DNA of 37,130 nt, from positions 38,712,749 to 38,749,878 of the forward strand of contig NC_057718.1 of assembly GCF_004010195.1 (NCBI RefSeq). Reading direction: 5' to 3'. How positions within the stretch are numbered: the stretch's first letter is position 1; every line of letters starts with the position of its first letter. The translations under genes and the position numbers were made by a program. The notes beneath the pieces are model-generated. The model ran no database searches. It had not been told where the DNA came from and was given only the letters and a program-made list of their open reading frames with translations. This document shows, in pieces, positions 24,532-36,224 of this stretch. This DNA comes from Chiloscyllium plagiosum (lineage: Eukaryota).

Positions 24532-24541
24532 ATTAAATAAA
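24532..24541 (+). terminator. Candidate distal polyadenylation signal (overlapping ATTAAA/AATAAA)
   Basis: 'tattaaataaaactttacaaaggtgtgtgtt': hexamers followed by CA and a GT-rich tract, at the end of a repeat-free UTR-like block. The link to syt14 is inference only. Confidence 0.4.
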
Positions 24542-24892
24542 ACTTTACAAAGGTGTGTGTTAGAAATGTAAATCTAAAGACGTAGCTATTTGTAATAGTC
24601 TTCAGCTCTTAAATTTATTTAATATATATTTATTGTAGAATCCAGATGTTTCTAATGGCTATAATTTAATGGGGAAGGATTTGGCATTCTAAACCACATG
24701 CATGTTATGTTATGTTCAGTTTACATTGCGAATATTATTTTCAGCTTATACCTCGTTAATTTACAGTTTGCTTCTGAAAAAATGTGTTGACACTGGTGAT
24801 GAAGAACAACAGATATATTAAGTTTATCTTCCATTATTCCATCCTTTTGATTGGGCTATTTTGACTGAACAGTGATGTGAACACTGTCTTGT

Positions 24893-25079
24893 GCAGTTGT
24901 GAATGTGTTAATATAGTAACTTTCACTGCGCTTGAAAAATTGATTGTCCAAAAATGATCCAAATGCCATCAGCAACATAACTGCAGATTTTTTTTATGAG
25001 CGCAGTTGTGAATGTGTTATCATTGTAAATTTCACCGTACTGCAAAAATTGATTGTCTAAATAATGTTCAAATACCATA
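24893..25079. repeat. Diverged two-copy tandem duplication, period 109 bp
   Basis: 'gcagttgtgaatgtgtta...tttcac...aaaaattgattgtc...caaat.ccat' starts at both 24893 and 25002. Confidence 0.85.
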
Positions 25080-25409
25080 ATTGGCTGCATTTGGCAGACA
25101 GGATAATTGAATGAAATTATTGCAACATGTTTCTGATGCCAAGACTATTGCTCCCTCATTGGATGAAGAACATTTCTGGACAGGCAACCTCTTGTCAATT
25201 GGTTTTCTACCAATCTGGTAGGAGGATATTGTCATTGTCAACAGTAAATGTTAGTTATACTCATTTATTCTTCAAAAAATAAACTAAATGTTACATTAAG
25301 GGAATTTAAACCAAAAAAATAACTTTTTTACAGAAAATACTGGAAATAATCCTACAGGTCTGGCTGTATTCTGTGGAGAGAGAAACATAAGCAGAATTTT
25401 ATCTGCCCT

Positions 25410-26457
25410 TTTTTTTGAGAAGGTTTGTAGCTCGGTTGAGGTTCTGGATGCAGGTTTGCTCACTGAGCTGGAAGGTTCAGTTTCAGACATTTCGTCACCA
25501 TACTAGGTAACATCATCAGTGAACCTCCAGATGAAGCACTAGTGGTATGACCCACTTTTTTATTTATGTGTTTAGGTTTCCTTGGGTTGCTGACATCATT
25601 TCCTGTGGTGATGTCATTTCTTTTTTTTCTCAGGGGGTGGTAAATGGGATAAAGTCAGTGTGTTTGTTGATAGAGTTCCGGTTGGAATGCCATACTTCTA
25701 GGAATTCTCATGCATGTCTCTGTTTGGCTTGTCCTAGGATGGATGTGTTGCCCTAGTTGAAGTGGCACAGAGGAACTATGAAGTGCAGAGGAAAATCACT
25801 TATACAGTGTATTCAAAAAGAATGGGTACCCAATGAACAGTCCACTGATTTCTCAGCAACAAACCCAAACAAGCAGACAAAACATGTCCAGAAATCCTAG
25901 CCACCCTCCCCTACATCAAAGTCATCTCAGAAATGACTGCCAGACTACTCAGGCCTCTTAGCCCACAAACCCACCAACATACTAAAACAGCAGTTAATGA
26001 CCTCGAAGGACCCCATACAGACAACAAACAGAACTAATATAATTTACAAAGTACCTTGCAAGAACTATAACAAAACTACGTTGGACAAGCAGGCAGCAAA
26101 CTAGCCACCAGTATACATGAACATCAACTAGCCACAAAAAGACATGACCCACTCTCACTAGTATCCTTACATACAGATGAGGAAGGACACCACTTTGACT
26201 GGAACAACACATCCATCCTAAGACAAGCTAAACAGAGACATGCGCGAGAATTCTTCGATTCCATTTACCACCCCCTGGGAAAAAGAACAGGAAATGACAT
26301 CACCATGGGAAATGACATCACCAACTCAAGGAAACCTAAACATATAAATAAGAAGCAGGCTATACAACCAGTGCTTCATCCAGAGGCTCACTGATGATGT
26401 TACCTAGCGTGATGACAAAATGTCTGAAACCAAACTGTCCAGCTCAGCGATCAAACC
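25410..26457 (+). mobile_element. Penelope-like element: GIY-YIG endonuclease remnant plus pseudo-LTR, preceded by an inverted copy of its own 3' end
   Basis: The plus strand from about 25770 gives frameshifted remnants: HLYSVFKKNGYP, ATLPYIKVISEMTARLLRP, NIIYKVPCK..YVGQAGSKLATSIHEH, HTDEEGHHFDW..SILRQAKQRHAREF. About 25445-25765 is the reverse complement of about 26190-26457. Flanks are tttatctgccct (25398-25409) and tttatcagccct (26458-26469). Confidence 0.92.
25480..25525 (-). ncRNA. Minimal type I hammerhead ribozyme-like motif in the Penelope pseudo-LTR
   Basis: Minus strand reads ggTTCA-CTGATGA-t-GTTACC-tagtat-GGTGAC-GAAA-tg-TC-TGAAac: intact core, 6-bp helix II and 4-bp helix I. The ACGT palindrome has decayed to ATGT. 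Confidence 0.7.
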
Positions 26458-26809
26458 TTTATCAGCCCTATTAAGATGCTCTGGGAGGCTGGAGGCTGTT
26501 AAAATAGCAGGGGAAAGCAGTAGGAGGGGAGTCCAACATATACTTGTCAGCACAGCATGCCAGCAAAGGACACCTTGGATATAATATTGCCTGTTAAGTG
26601 GCCAATTGTGCCACCTCTCATATCTGCGGACAATTTTAAATGGTCACCCCATGAAGTGAACCATGGCAGCACCCAGCAGGTTCTTGGAGTGAGATATGTG
26701 CTTTATGGTCATTTTGTGGTTCAAACAGGCATTTAAGTATATCTTTAAAACGGTGGTCTTGCTTTATTAGCCAGCAACCTATGTCCCAAGTTGTCTAAAG
26801 AATTCCTGA

Positions 26810-27011
26810 GAGGTGGAAAAGCAACCAAGGGATTGGAAAATCGACATTTCGGGCAAAAGCCCTTCATCAGGAATGACGAAGTTCCTGATGAAGGGCTTTT
26901 GCCCGAAACGTCAATTTTCCTGCTCCTTGGATGCTGCCTGACTTGCTGTGCTTTTCCAGCACCACTCTAATCTAAACTCTGATTTCCAGCACCTGCAGTC
27001 CTCACTTTTGC
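26810..27011. mobile_element. PLE-derived short element (family C) with an inverted pair of hammerhead-like motifs
   Basis: 39-bp arms at 26835-26873 and 26882-26920 with an 8-nt spacer. Flanks are ctaaagaattcctga (26795-26809) and ctaaagaatttctga (27012-27026). Confidence 0.85.
26882..26916 (+). ncRNA. Minimal hammerhead ribozyme-like motif with intact core
   Basis: CTGATGA (26885-26891)-A-GGGC-tttt-GCCC-GAAA (26905-26908)-CGTC. It keeps the ACGT palindrome and a GUC triplet, but helix I pairing is poor. Confidence 0.6.
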
Positions 27012-28085
27012 CTAAAGAATTTCTGAATTTACTACTGTCCAGAAGAAGGAATTTTTGTTTGCACCTCAGTGTTAAGTGAGTGACTCCTAGTTTGAATCTC
27101 CCTGACTAGTGAAAACATCTTCTCACAATGTACCCCATCAAGCCCCCTCAGAATCTTAAACAAAAACAGAAATTATTGGAGGAACTCTGCAATTTGCAGC
27201 ATCTGTGGAGAGTTATTACTGAGTTAATGTTTCAGATCCAGTGACTTTTATTCAGCTGAAGAAGGGTGATTGCACTTGAAACATTAATTCTGCTTTCTCT
27301 CCACAGATGCTGATAGACCTGGTGAGCTTCTCCAGCAAATTTGGTTCTTTTTACAGATTCCCAGTATCCACAGTTCTTTGTTTTATTTCTCCTCAGAATC
27401 TTGCATCTATCAATATGATCACCTCATTCAATTAAATTCTAATGAATAAAGACCCAATCTGTCAGCTGTTCTTGATAAAGTCAACACCTTCATCACAGAA
27501 ACCAGCCTACTGAATCTCATTTGAACAGTCTCTAATGCCATAATATCCCTTATGAGATACGGGGACAAAGAATGTACACAGTACTCCAGATGTGGCTTCA
27601 CTAACACTTATACAATTGTGACAAACCTTCTTTTAAACCCCCTCCATCAGTAAAGGCCAAAATTCCATTTGTCTTCTCAAATACTTGCTGCACCTGAATA
27701 CTAACTTTTTGTGTTTCATGCACAGGATTACCCAGATCCCTCTGTACTGTGCTTTTTTGGAGTTTGTCTCCATTTAAATAATAATCTGCCTTTTGATTCT
27801 TCAAACCAATGTGAATGACCTCACATTTTTCTGCATTAAGCTCTATCTGCTAGGTTTTTCACACACTCATAGTATCTATTTCCCTTTGCCAATTCCTTAT
27901 GTTGTCATTTCAACATGCCCTCCCACTTATTTTTGAATCATCAGCAAACATTTCACTCTGCCCCTTTCTCCAAATCATTAATATAGACAGTAAGTCTAAT
28001 GGCACTCCACAAGTTAGATCTTTCCAATATGAAGAAATTCCATTAATCCTGACTCTCTGTTGCTTGTGTGTTTACCAACCCTCAA
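27012..28085 (-). mobile_element. Old CR1 LINE fragment interrupted by 27158-27390
   Basis: ORF 27601..27804 KADYYLNGDKLQKSTVQRDLG..VQQV; 'cagtactccagatgtgg' (PHLEYC on minus); 'ggcactccacaagt' (TCGVP on minus). Confidence 0.85.
27158..27390. mobile_element. Palindromic short element (family D) with back-to-back CTGAAGA hammerhead-like motifs and a 12-bp TSD
   Basis: Dyad centre ttcagctgaa (27251-27260). The plus arm reads CTGAAGA-A-GGGTG-attg-CACTT-GAAA-CATTA. Exact flanking repeat cctcagaatctt at 27146-27157 and 27391-27402. Confidence 0.82.
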
Positions 28086-28154
28086 TTCTGTTTTGGTGGG
28101 AGCTAAGAGTTGAAACTTCCACATAATGTTTCAGGACATGTTTTTCATCAGAAT

Positions 28155-28262
28155 GTCAGAGTTAATTCTGTTCCACTCTCCACTGTCTCTTCCACACCAA
28201 ATGAGTCTTTCCAGCATTTTCTGTTTTTATTTCAGAACTCCAACTTCTGTGGTAATTTTTCA
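28155..28262. mobile_element. Decayed family D arm
   Basis: 'gttaattctgttccactctccac...ttccagcattttctgtttttatttcagaactcca' resembles 27283-27365. Similar remnants lie at about 21805-21853, 25330-25400 and 33350-33460. Confidence 0.55.
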
Positions 28263-31200
28263 ATGGCTATTTTGGATAATTGTTTCATTGGCTCATTTAC
28301 ATTAAATCATCTTCCATTATATGTATCCTTTTGTGCAAAGCAACAATTATGTTTCCTGAGAGGAAAGGATTAAATGCTGATCTGTTCATCCAAGGCCATG
28401 ATTAATAACGGTAAAATAATAGAACAAAATATAACTGCATAAGAGTAAACAAAACATGAGTGTTAGGTAGCAGATATTTTTATAACTTTGAAATGCACCA
28501 TTTGTTGATCTTGTTGCCCAACCAAAAGGAATAAAAGGAAATTGTTTACTTGGTGTTAATAGGAATGAAAAATAGATGGAACTACCGTACAAATAGATTT
28601 TTTTATCTCTATTATTGTGACTTGTTTCAGTTTGCTCTCAGTAAAATGTAAGGAGACTGATGAAAGGATAAGAGAAAAACACTTCTTCAGGTTTTGTTAC
28701 TGAGTATTATGCGTTGGTAAAGATCCATGTTTAAAAAATGTTGCTTCTTTGAGCATGGTGTAGTTAAGCGAAAGTTTAGAATTCACATTCAGAACTTAGA
28801 TTAGTTGATATGAAAGGATAAGACTTGCATGTACCATTTCCAAACATGAATTGTATGGAAGATTTTTCCAGTCTAACAGAATAGTTTTATTATGGCAAGA
28901 ATTGGAGAAATTGACTCAGATGTGTAGAGTATGAGTGGCTGAGGCAAATGAGGGGCACTGGAACGGGAAAATGCTGTTTGAGGGATAGTATCTGGTCCAC
29001 AAAGATTTACTTACATATTGAATCATTAACGAATTCATTTAGCATTACTAAACGTCAACTCTACACGCAATCCTTATACCGTAGAATCATTTTCAAGGGA
29101 CATAACAAGACTAAATAGGTTGCTAAAATTCAATTCCTTCATACACACATTTTAGCAGAAAGCATGAGGATAAGAGGCAGTGAGCATTTTTCAATGTGAG
29201 TGGTTTCCCCTTTACACGAAAAGATAGCTGATGTAAAAATTATATAGAAGAACCATGTTTTCCACTGAAGAAATATTTGGGATGCTGAAGCAATGCTTCA
29301 GATTTTTTTAATTACAATACTCAAAATCTTAGAAAGCCAGAAAATGAAACTAGCATACTGCATGCCATCTAATATTGTGATAAACACAAACTGTGAATTT
29401 CATTAAGAAGCAGCAGCAAGCGTTGAAGTCTAGAAAGACAATGTAATACAGAAGTCACCAGTCTCAGACCAGATTTTAGACAGTGAGTGGAGTATATGGA
29501 AAAGTTTCTTTACTCAGTTCTTTCTTCAATTTTAGTAGGGCTACATTTGGTGTAATCCTGAAACTGACCTTCAGTAAAAGCCCCAACCAAATTGTGAACT
29601 GGCAATCTGTTATGAACCATTACTGATAGATTTTTCACAAAGAAATAGTGCAAAACAAATTGCTGTGTACTGTGTTGTACTTTCACTGAGGACCAATTTC
29701 AATCCCTTTTGCTTACAATTAGTTATATTTCAATGACAAGGTTGCTACTTCTCTTTCTTGTATAGTTTTTGCTAAGAACTAAGTATGCTTTGTTTTGCCA
29801 TTTGACAGTGGACTCTTTGCTGTGCAAAAAAATGACACTGCATTAAATCTTAAATGTAATAGAATTTTGTCTTTCAATGCATGTGATGTCTAACTACATG
29901 TGCTATTTAGGTGCATGTGCTCTAGGTGTTCAGCATATTTTTCTCTGCATTTATTGTTTTTGAATCATATACTGTTTTGTGCCAGTTTTGTTGGTGTTTT
30001 ATCCTATATGCTTCTAAAACTGATGGAGAAGTAATAGATTTTCCCTGAGACAATTGGCCAGCTGTATGTCATTTGCAACACCTACTGAATTGCTGCAACT
30101 TGTTTGGAATGTACTTATGTGTTTGGGATATGGGCTTAGTGACTCCGGATATGTATTTACTTGCCATTCCTTGCACAGAGTGACATAATCGCCTCAAACT
30201 ATAGCTGACACATGAGCCAACTGGCTGCTCCTGTGCTTCTGCACGCAACCCACTGCTGTTTGGGAGATTTCCCTCAAATAGTCTCTGCCTTGTGCTCTTA
30301 GTGAGCATGAATCCTATGAACCCCTCCACCCCTCTCATTGTTTCTGTGCATTTCCCAAGTGAGCTAAAGCTGGCTGTGATTGCTTGGGGTAAACTATCCA
30401 TTTCATTTTTCTCTGGTATGATTTACTGATTGTGTATAGAGACAAGTGACTTTTCAATTATGTGTGTGCTTTAGCATTCTTTATGTAGCAGGAGGCCACA
30501 CAATGTCTAGATCTGTGATAATTAAAGAAGGTGAGGCAGCCTATAAGGCACTTTGCCCTTTGCTCACTTGCCTCTCATCATCTCATAATTCTTCTGTTCC
30601 TTCATATTTAATATTCTTGCTGTGTTTCCTGAACATTATAACCACCTAAATATCACAAAGTGTTTGGTAAAGGCTATTTGCTAACAATTGTTGCTGTTCT
30701 GACTGTTTGGTGCCATCGAATGCTGCAAACCACTATTCCATAGCTCTTCAAGGAGAGCAGAGGGAACATTGTGAATGTAAACAAACTCGTCTATTTGCAT
30801 CCAGCATTGTCCCTGTCTGAACTGTTAAGCATTAGTGTTACTGGCACATTGATACAACCTAAGTAGAAAAATCATACAATATTTGATTATTACAGTGCAC
30901 AGTTGATCCACAGCTGTTTCAAACTGCAAAGGGCCAGAAGCTTTAAAGAACCTCTTTTTCTGTGGATGTTCAGTAGCTTTTCTGGGAAGTTCTAATAGCC
31001 TTTGCAGTTTTTTTGCCTTCCTTTTGTGTACAACTCTTGCCATAATAAAGGTGGGAAGTGAGACATGGCAAATTGACGACTTGAAATTCAATAATTTCTC
31101 AGCCAGTTTCAATGGGTTTGTTTTGGGTAGCTAAAAGTCTGAAACAGGAATCTAACCCTCCTCAAACCTCCCTACTTCCAGTTTTAACAGAGGCAGGCCA

Positions 31201-34200
31201 AGGTAAGGGTAACCAATCTACTTACAGGAGGCCGGTTGATCTTTTGAACATTTTAATGAGTGTGCACGCTTTCATTTTAACTGTAAATTTATACTTAATC
31301 ACATTTGGGGTTCCCTTCTAGGGAACATGGCAGTGATAGGAGGCAAGAAGGACTGGATCCACAAAGTAAGTGTCTTTACAGAACTGTTTAAGGATCAGGA
31401 GAGTAGAAATGTTTCCTCCAGGTCCAAGAAACTACACAGTAAACCTTGCTTCAATCTATCCGGCCCCATTCATGATTAGAATTCTGACATTTGGGCCCCT
31501 TCCACCAATTCAAGGTCACCCCATGATCAGAATCTAAATACAACCTACATTCACAACTTCATCCCAGTCCTGCCTCAATCCCTGCACTCCCAATTAAATC
31601 TACCTACTTTCAACACATCTCTGCTATAACTTTGTGCCGTAGAATTACCCACTTGACAAGCAGTCAACCTGCAAGAAACATTTTTATTCTGATCTCAATA
31701 AAAGTTTCTGCTCCTACTTCCTCTCTACATTCCACTGAGTCAGTTCCATATTTACTGCAGCCCATTGCATCCATCTCAGTGGAGATTATTTGGAATGTAC
31801 AAATACATTGACCCAGATTGTGTGGTAATAATGACTGGCAGCAACTTTTGGAGTCCATATATATTATTTTCAATACAGAAATTAGAAGTTGCTCTTAGTG
31901 ATTGCACACATCTCCAGATCATGCACTGTGGAAGGTCAACCAGATTGTAATCAATTATAAGTAATTGAACAGTTGAAAACCTTCCCTTTTTTGCCATTAA
32001 CCTCACTATAAAAGCCTTTTGAAAGGTTACACCTTGTTTGAATAAAGTATAACTAGGTTTCTAATGGCATACTATGTTCATATTGAAGAATGATTTTATT
32101 GTTCTTGCAAAACAAATTTTATATTTGTGGAATGTCTAATTTCTTAATTATGATAACAATAATTCATTACATTTAAAGATATCTGATATTGTGCTTCTAC
32201 TTTAGGTCCATGTGTATGACCCTATAATTAATTTAATTCTCTTTAAAATGTTTAAAAATATGAAAAACTGAGGGCATTTAGCTTCCTCATTTGCTGTCTG
32301 TGAGAATGTTTTAATATGATTGGCTGCTTGCTCTTCTTGGTGACATCAGTGTTTCTAGACTGCTGAAGAATCCCTTAATTTGGAATAAGATTCACACTAA
32401 TGGCAGGAAAGCAGGAATCCATGCTATAGAGGTTGCTAAGTGTCTATGGGCTATTTTATTCAAGGTCAGTGGTGAGTGCCATCACTTTTCCACTGACCAC
32501 AATATTTGGGCCATTAGTATTGCAAAATTAGTCAAAAATACAAAGTTTTGCACTAATCTATCCATCAAATCCGAGCATCTCTTTCAACGACATTATATCG
32601 TTAAATTATAACCTACATTGAGTTTACTTTCCAGGACACTTTTCTGGAATTTAGTTTACACCATCTGCCTGATTCAGCCAATTATGACTGTTTAAATTGA
32701 ACAGATTTGGGATGTATTGCTGTGTTTTTTTTTCTTTATTGTGCAGTGATTAACTGCTGTGCAGCACTAGGACATTTCTTTGTTCTTCAAGAATGGCATT
32801 GACCATTGTTTCCATGCCCATTCAGTAAATTAGGCTTTTAAACTTTGATGACTAGTCGTGATGTCAAAGATTTGCCATGTAACGCACATTCTGCAAATGG
32901 CTAAATGAAACTTTTAACATTTGTACTAATTAATATGGAGTAAACACTTTCAGCATCCCTGGGGATATTCAAGTATCCTGCCATTGCCCACTGTCAAATC
33001 ATATTGAATGAATTTGATGACAGGAGAATCCCCATTTTAGTGTGTTTAAATTTAGATAAAACTGACTTTTTTTAACTTAACAAAATATACCCCCAAAGGA
33101 TTTAACTTTGCTTTAATTCCAAGAAGTATTTTGCTTTGACCTTTGCAACTTAAAGGGCTGGAAAGCGGTGGATAAGATTAATCTTGTAATACTTACTATT
33201 GTAATGGATATGTTTCATGTCCGAGATGTTCTTACCTACTGTAAGTGCTGTTTGAAATAAACAGACCAAACTGTTTCAAATTGTTCACTTCCCTTGGTTC
33301 TTTTTATCATTAATGATATAGATATAATTATACTTTGTAATCAAAGTAACATACTGGAGAAACTGAACAGGTCTGGCAGCTGTGAGAGAAAAACAGTGAA
33401 AGTGTTGATTACAGTATGTCTCTTCTGTTGAGTTTCTCTAGCTGTTTCTCTTGTTTCTGTTCATAGGAACATAGCAGCCACATTCCCCATGATATAAAAA
33501 GGAATATACATTGATTTTAAGGTGCTTTGGGATAACCAATTGTTTGTGAAAGGATGTTAGATGAATTCAAGTCCTTTAAAATAAATATTCTACTCTGTAA
33601 GTAGGGTCACACGGTGAGCCTGGAAACTCTGGGCAAATAAGATTGAATTATATGTTATGTAGGGTAAACTCATCAGTCTGTCTTGTCTACATATAAAAGT
33701 TTTACATCTGGTATTAATCCATCAGACTGAAGATGTCACATGCCAAATATTATCCAGCACTATCTATATCACAGGACACATTTTGTTCAACATTACTCTT
33801 AAAAGAGACAAAGTTAGTCTTCGACTTCGCTCTTGAAAGTTACAAATGGACTTCATTACTAATGTGAAGCTGCAGTCAACTGGATTTTCCTATTTAGAGA
33901 AATGGACTTGAAAAAGCAAGTCAAGTTTACAGCTAAACATTACAACGATGGGCCATACTACAGACTAGCCAAATATAGTGGGTTAGATTTTAGATCTGAA
34001 ATTGGACATACTGTCTCAGCACTTATGTAAAATTTACCATGATTTCATTTGATTGGCAACTTGATGTCATCACACAAGCTTCCAACAATATGGAAGGTGC
34101 ATTGGTGCTGAAATTGTAAGATCAGCACTCTTTTTTAAAAAATTAATTAACAGCAATTGTGCTTGTAAACCGGACAATCGATAGTGATTTGCTCACCCCT

Positions 34201-35605
34201 TCTTCATTAGGCACACATCAAAAATGTTGCAAGTGGGTGAATAAAAAATAAGGAGAGATTGAGATGGAAGCAAGCTTACAGATAGGGATATAATAAACTT
34301 TGAGAATTCCACCATACATTCCTCACAGTCTCCATGAGGATTATGCACTGTGAAGAAGGATGTGCCAGTGAGGAGGAGACTTGAGCCTATGCAGTGTCTC
34401 AATTTCCTCCTTTTTCTCCTTGGTAAAGACAAATGCAAAGTATGCATGTGGTACCTCAGCCCCGCCTCCTTTTATGGAGTGTTGTCAGCCATTTTGATGT
34501 TTTAACACTAACTAAATCCCAATGTCAGAAAATTCTTGTCAGACAATAATTTTATTGGCAAGAAAGGAAATCATTGATTTTACATTCAAACTAACAAGGT
34601 TTATTGGCCAACAAAAATTAACAGTTAACATTCCACTAGTCGAGGCATGGTGTGATACACAGGCTCAATAGATTTGGTCCCCATAGAAATTTACCTCCAT
34701 TATTAATGATTCATTTAATGAAAATGTTTTGAAGTGGGAAACCTACCACAATTTTTGCTTTGGGATTTAGGTATAATCCATAGTCACCTCTGGATTTCTG
34801 ACAGCAGCTTCCCTCAAAACCGATGACATTTACCCATTCACTGACAATATCCCTTCTAAATGCGAACTTCCTATCAAGTCCTCTATTCCTGACTCCCAAC
34901 TTTCTCTTTGGAAAAGATCTCCCTTAGCAAGTGTTCTTTTAGAAAATATGTCCCTCAACAAGGGCCCTTCAGGTTTCCTGTTTTTATACTCTTTGGAAAC
35001 ATCTTTTGCAACATTTTGTCCAAGATTGTCAATATAACTATAACTTTTACCCAAACATTTGCAATTCTTGTCCAATGGAATGAGTGTTCATAGTTTCCCT
35101 GCAATCTTGATTTGTATCCTATTTTTGCAAGCCAAACCCGAGTAATTATTCTAGCTAGCCAGTATCCCAATGTTGGCTTCTGTTAACTGCCAATAGATTC
35201 ATTGGAGCCCAAAGATAAAATGTAAACTGACTTTAATCTTAATTAGCTTCTCCCCCCGCCCCATAAAACGTTATTACAGTATTTGACTGTATTTGTAGAG
35301 AAATTTCAACTTAAAGACTTTTTTAACAATATCCCAATAAATGTACAATTAAGGCTTTTCATTGACAAAATTAACTACAGTGCAATTTGAAAATTTAAGT
35401 CTTATTAAATATAAACATTTCAACAGGGTGAAATCCAAAGCCTAACTCTACTTTTTGTGATGTAAACTGTGTGAGTTATATCTAATTTGATGTCATTTAT
35501 TTTAGTGTTTTGATTTCGAATTAGTGGCATGTGGGCTTTGGTTGCGCATGTTAAGTGGTTAATAATTAACTTGTTATTATTCCTGGAGCAATGAAACCAT
35601 TATGA

Positions 35606-36224
35606 GTAAGACCATAATTAGGAGTTTTGGCCCATCCACCATTCGATTATGGTTAATATGCTGCTCAACCCCCATTCTCCTGCCTGTAATGCTCGATCTC
35701 GTTACTAATCAAGAACCTATCTATCTCTGTCTTAAATGCACTCGATGACTTGGCCTCCACAACCTGCTGTGGCAATTTGTTCCACAGATTCACCACCCGC
35801 TGGCTGAAAAAATTCCTCTTTGTCTCAGTTTTTTAAGGGTCGTCCTTTCACTCTGAGGCTGTCCTCTTGGGTTTTAGTCTCTCATAATAATAGATCCATC
35901 ATCTCCATGTCTGCCCTATCCAGGCCTCTAAGTGTTCTTTAAGTTTAAATGAGAGACCCATTACCTATCGACTACAAAACCAGAGTCCTCAACTCCTCCT
36001 CATATCAAGTCATGGAGGTATACAACACGGAAAAGCCTTTCATCCCTGGGGTCATTCTTGTAACCCTCCTCCAGACTCACTTCAATGCCAGCATCTTTGC
36101 TTAAATACAGGGCCCAAAACTGCTTACAATATTCCAAATGTGGTCTGACCAGAGCCTTGTACGGCCTCAGCAATACATCTTTGCTTTTGATTTCTAGCCA
36201 ACTTGAAATGAATGCTATCATTGC
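35606..36224 (-). mobile_element. CR1 LINE 3' fragment
   Basis: ORF 36000..36221 IAFISSWLEIKSKDVLLRPYKALVRPHLEYCKQFW; 'cacagattcaccacccgctggctgaaaaaattcctc' (RNFFSQRVVNL on minus). Confidence 0.88.

Noticed and set aside
30069..30401. 110-aa minus-strand ORF
   Set aside because: No recognisable domain or supporting exon structure, and the length is compatible with chance. The region could be non-coding regulatory DNA, but I cannot show that.
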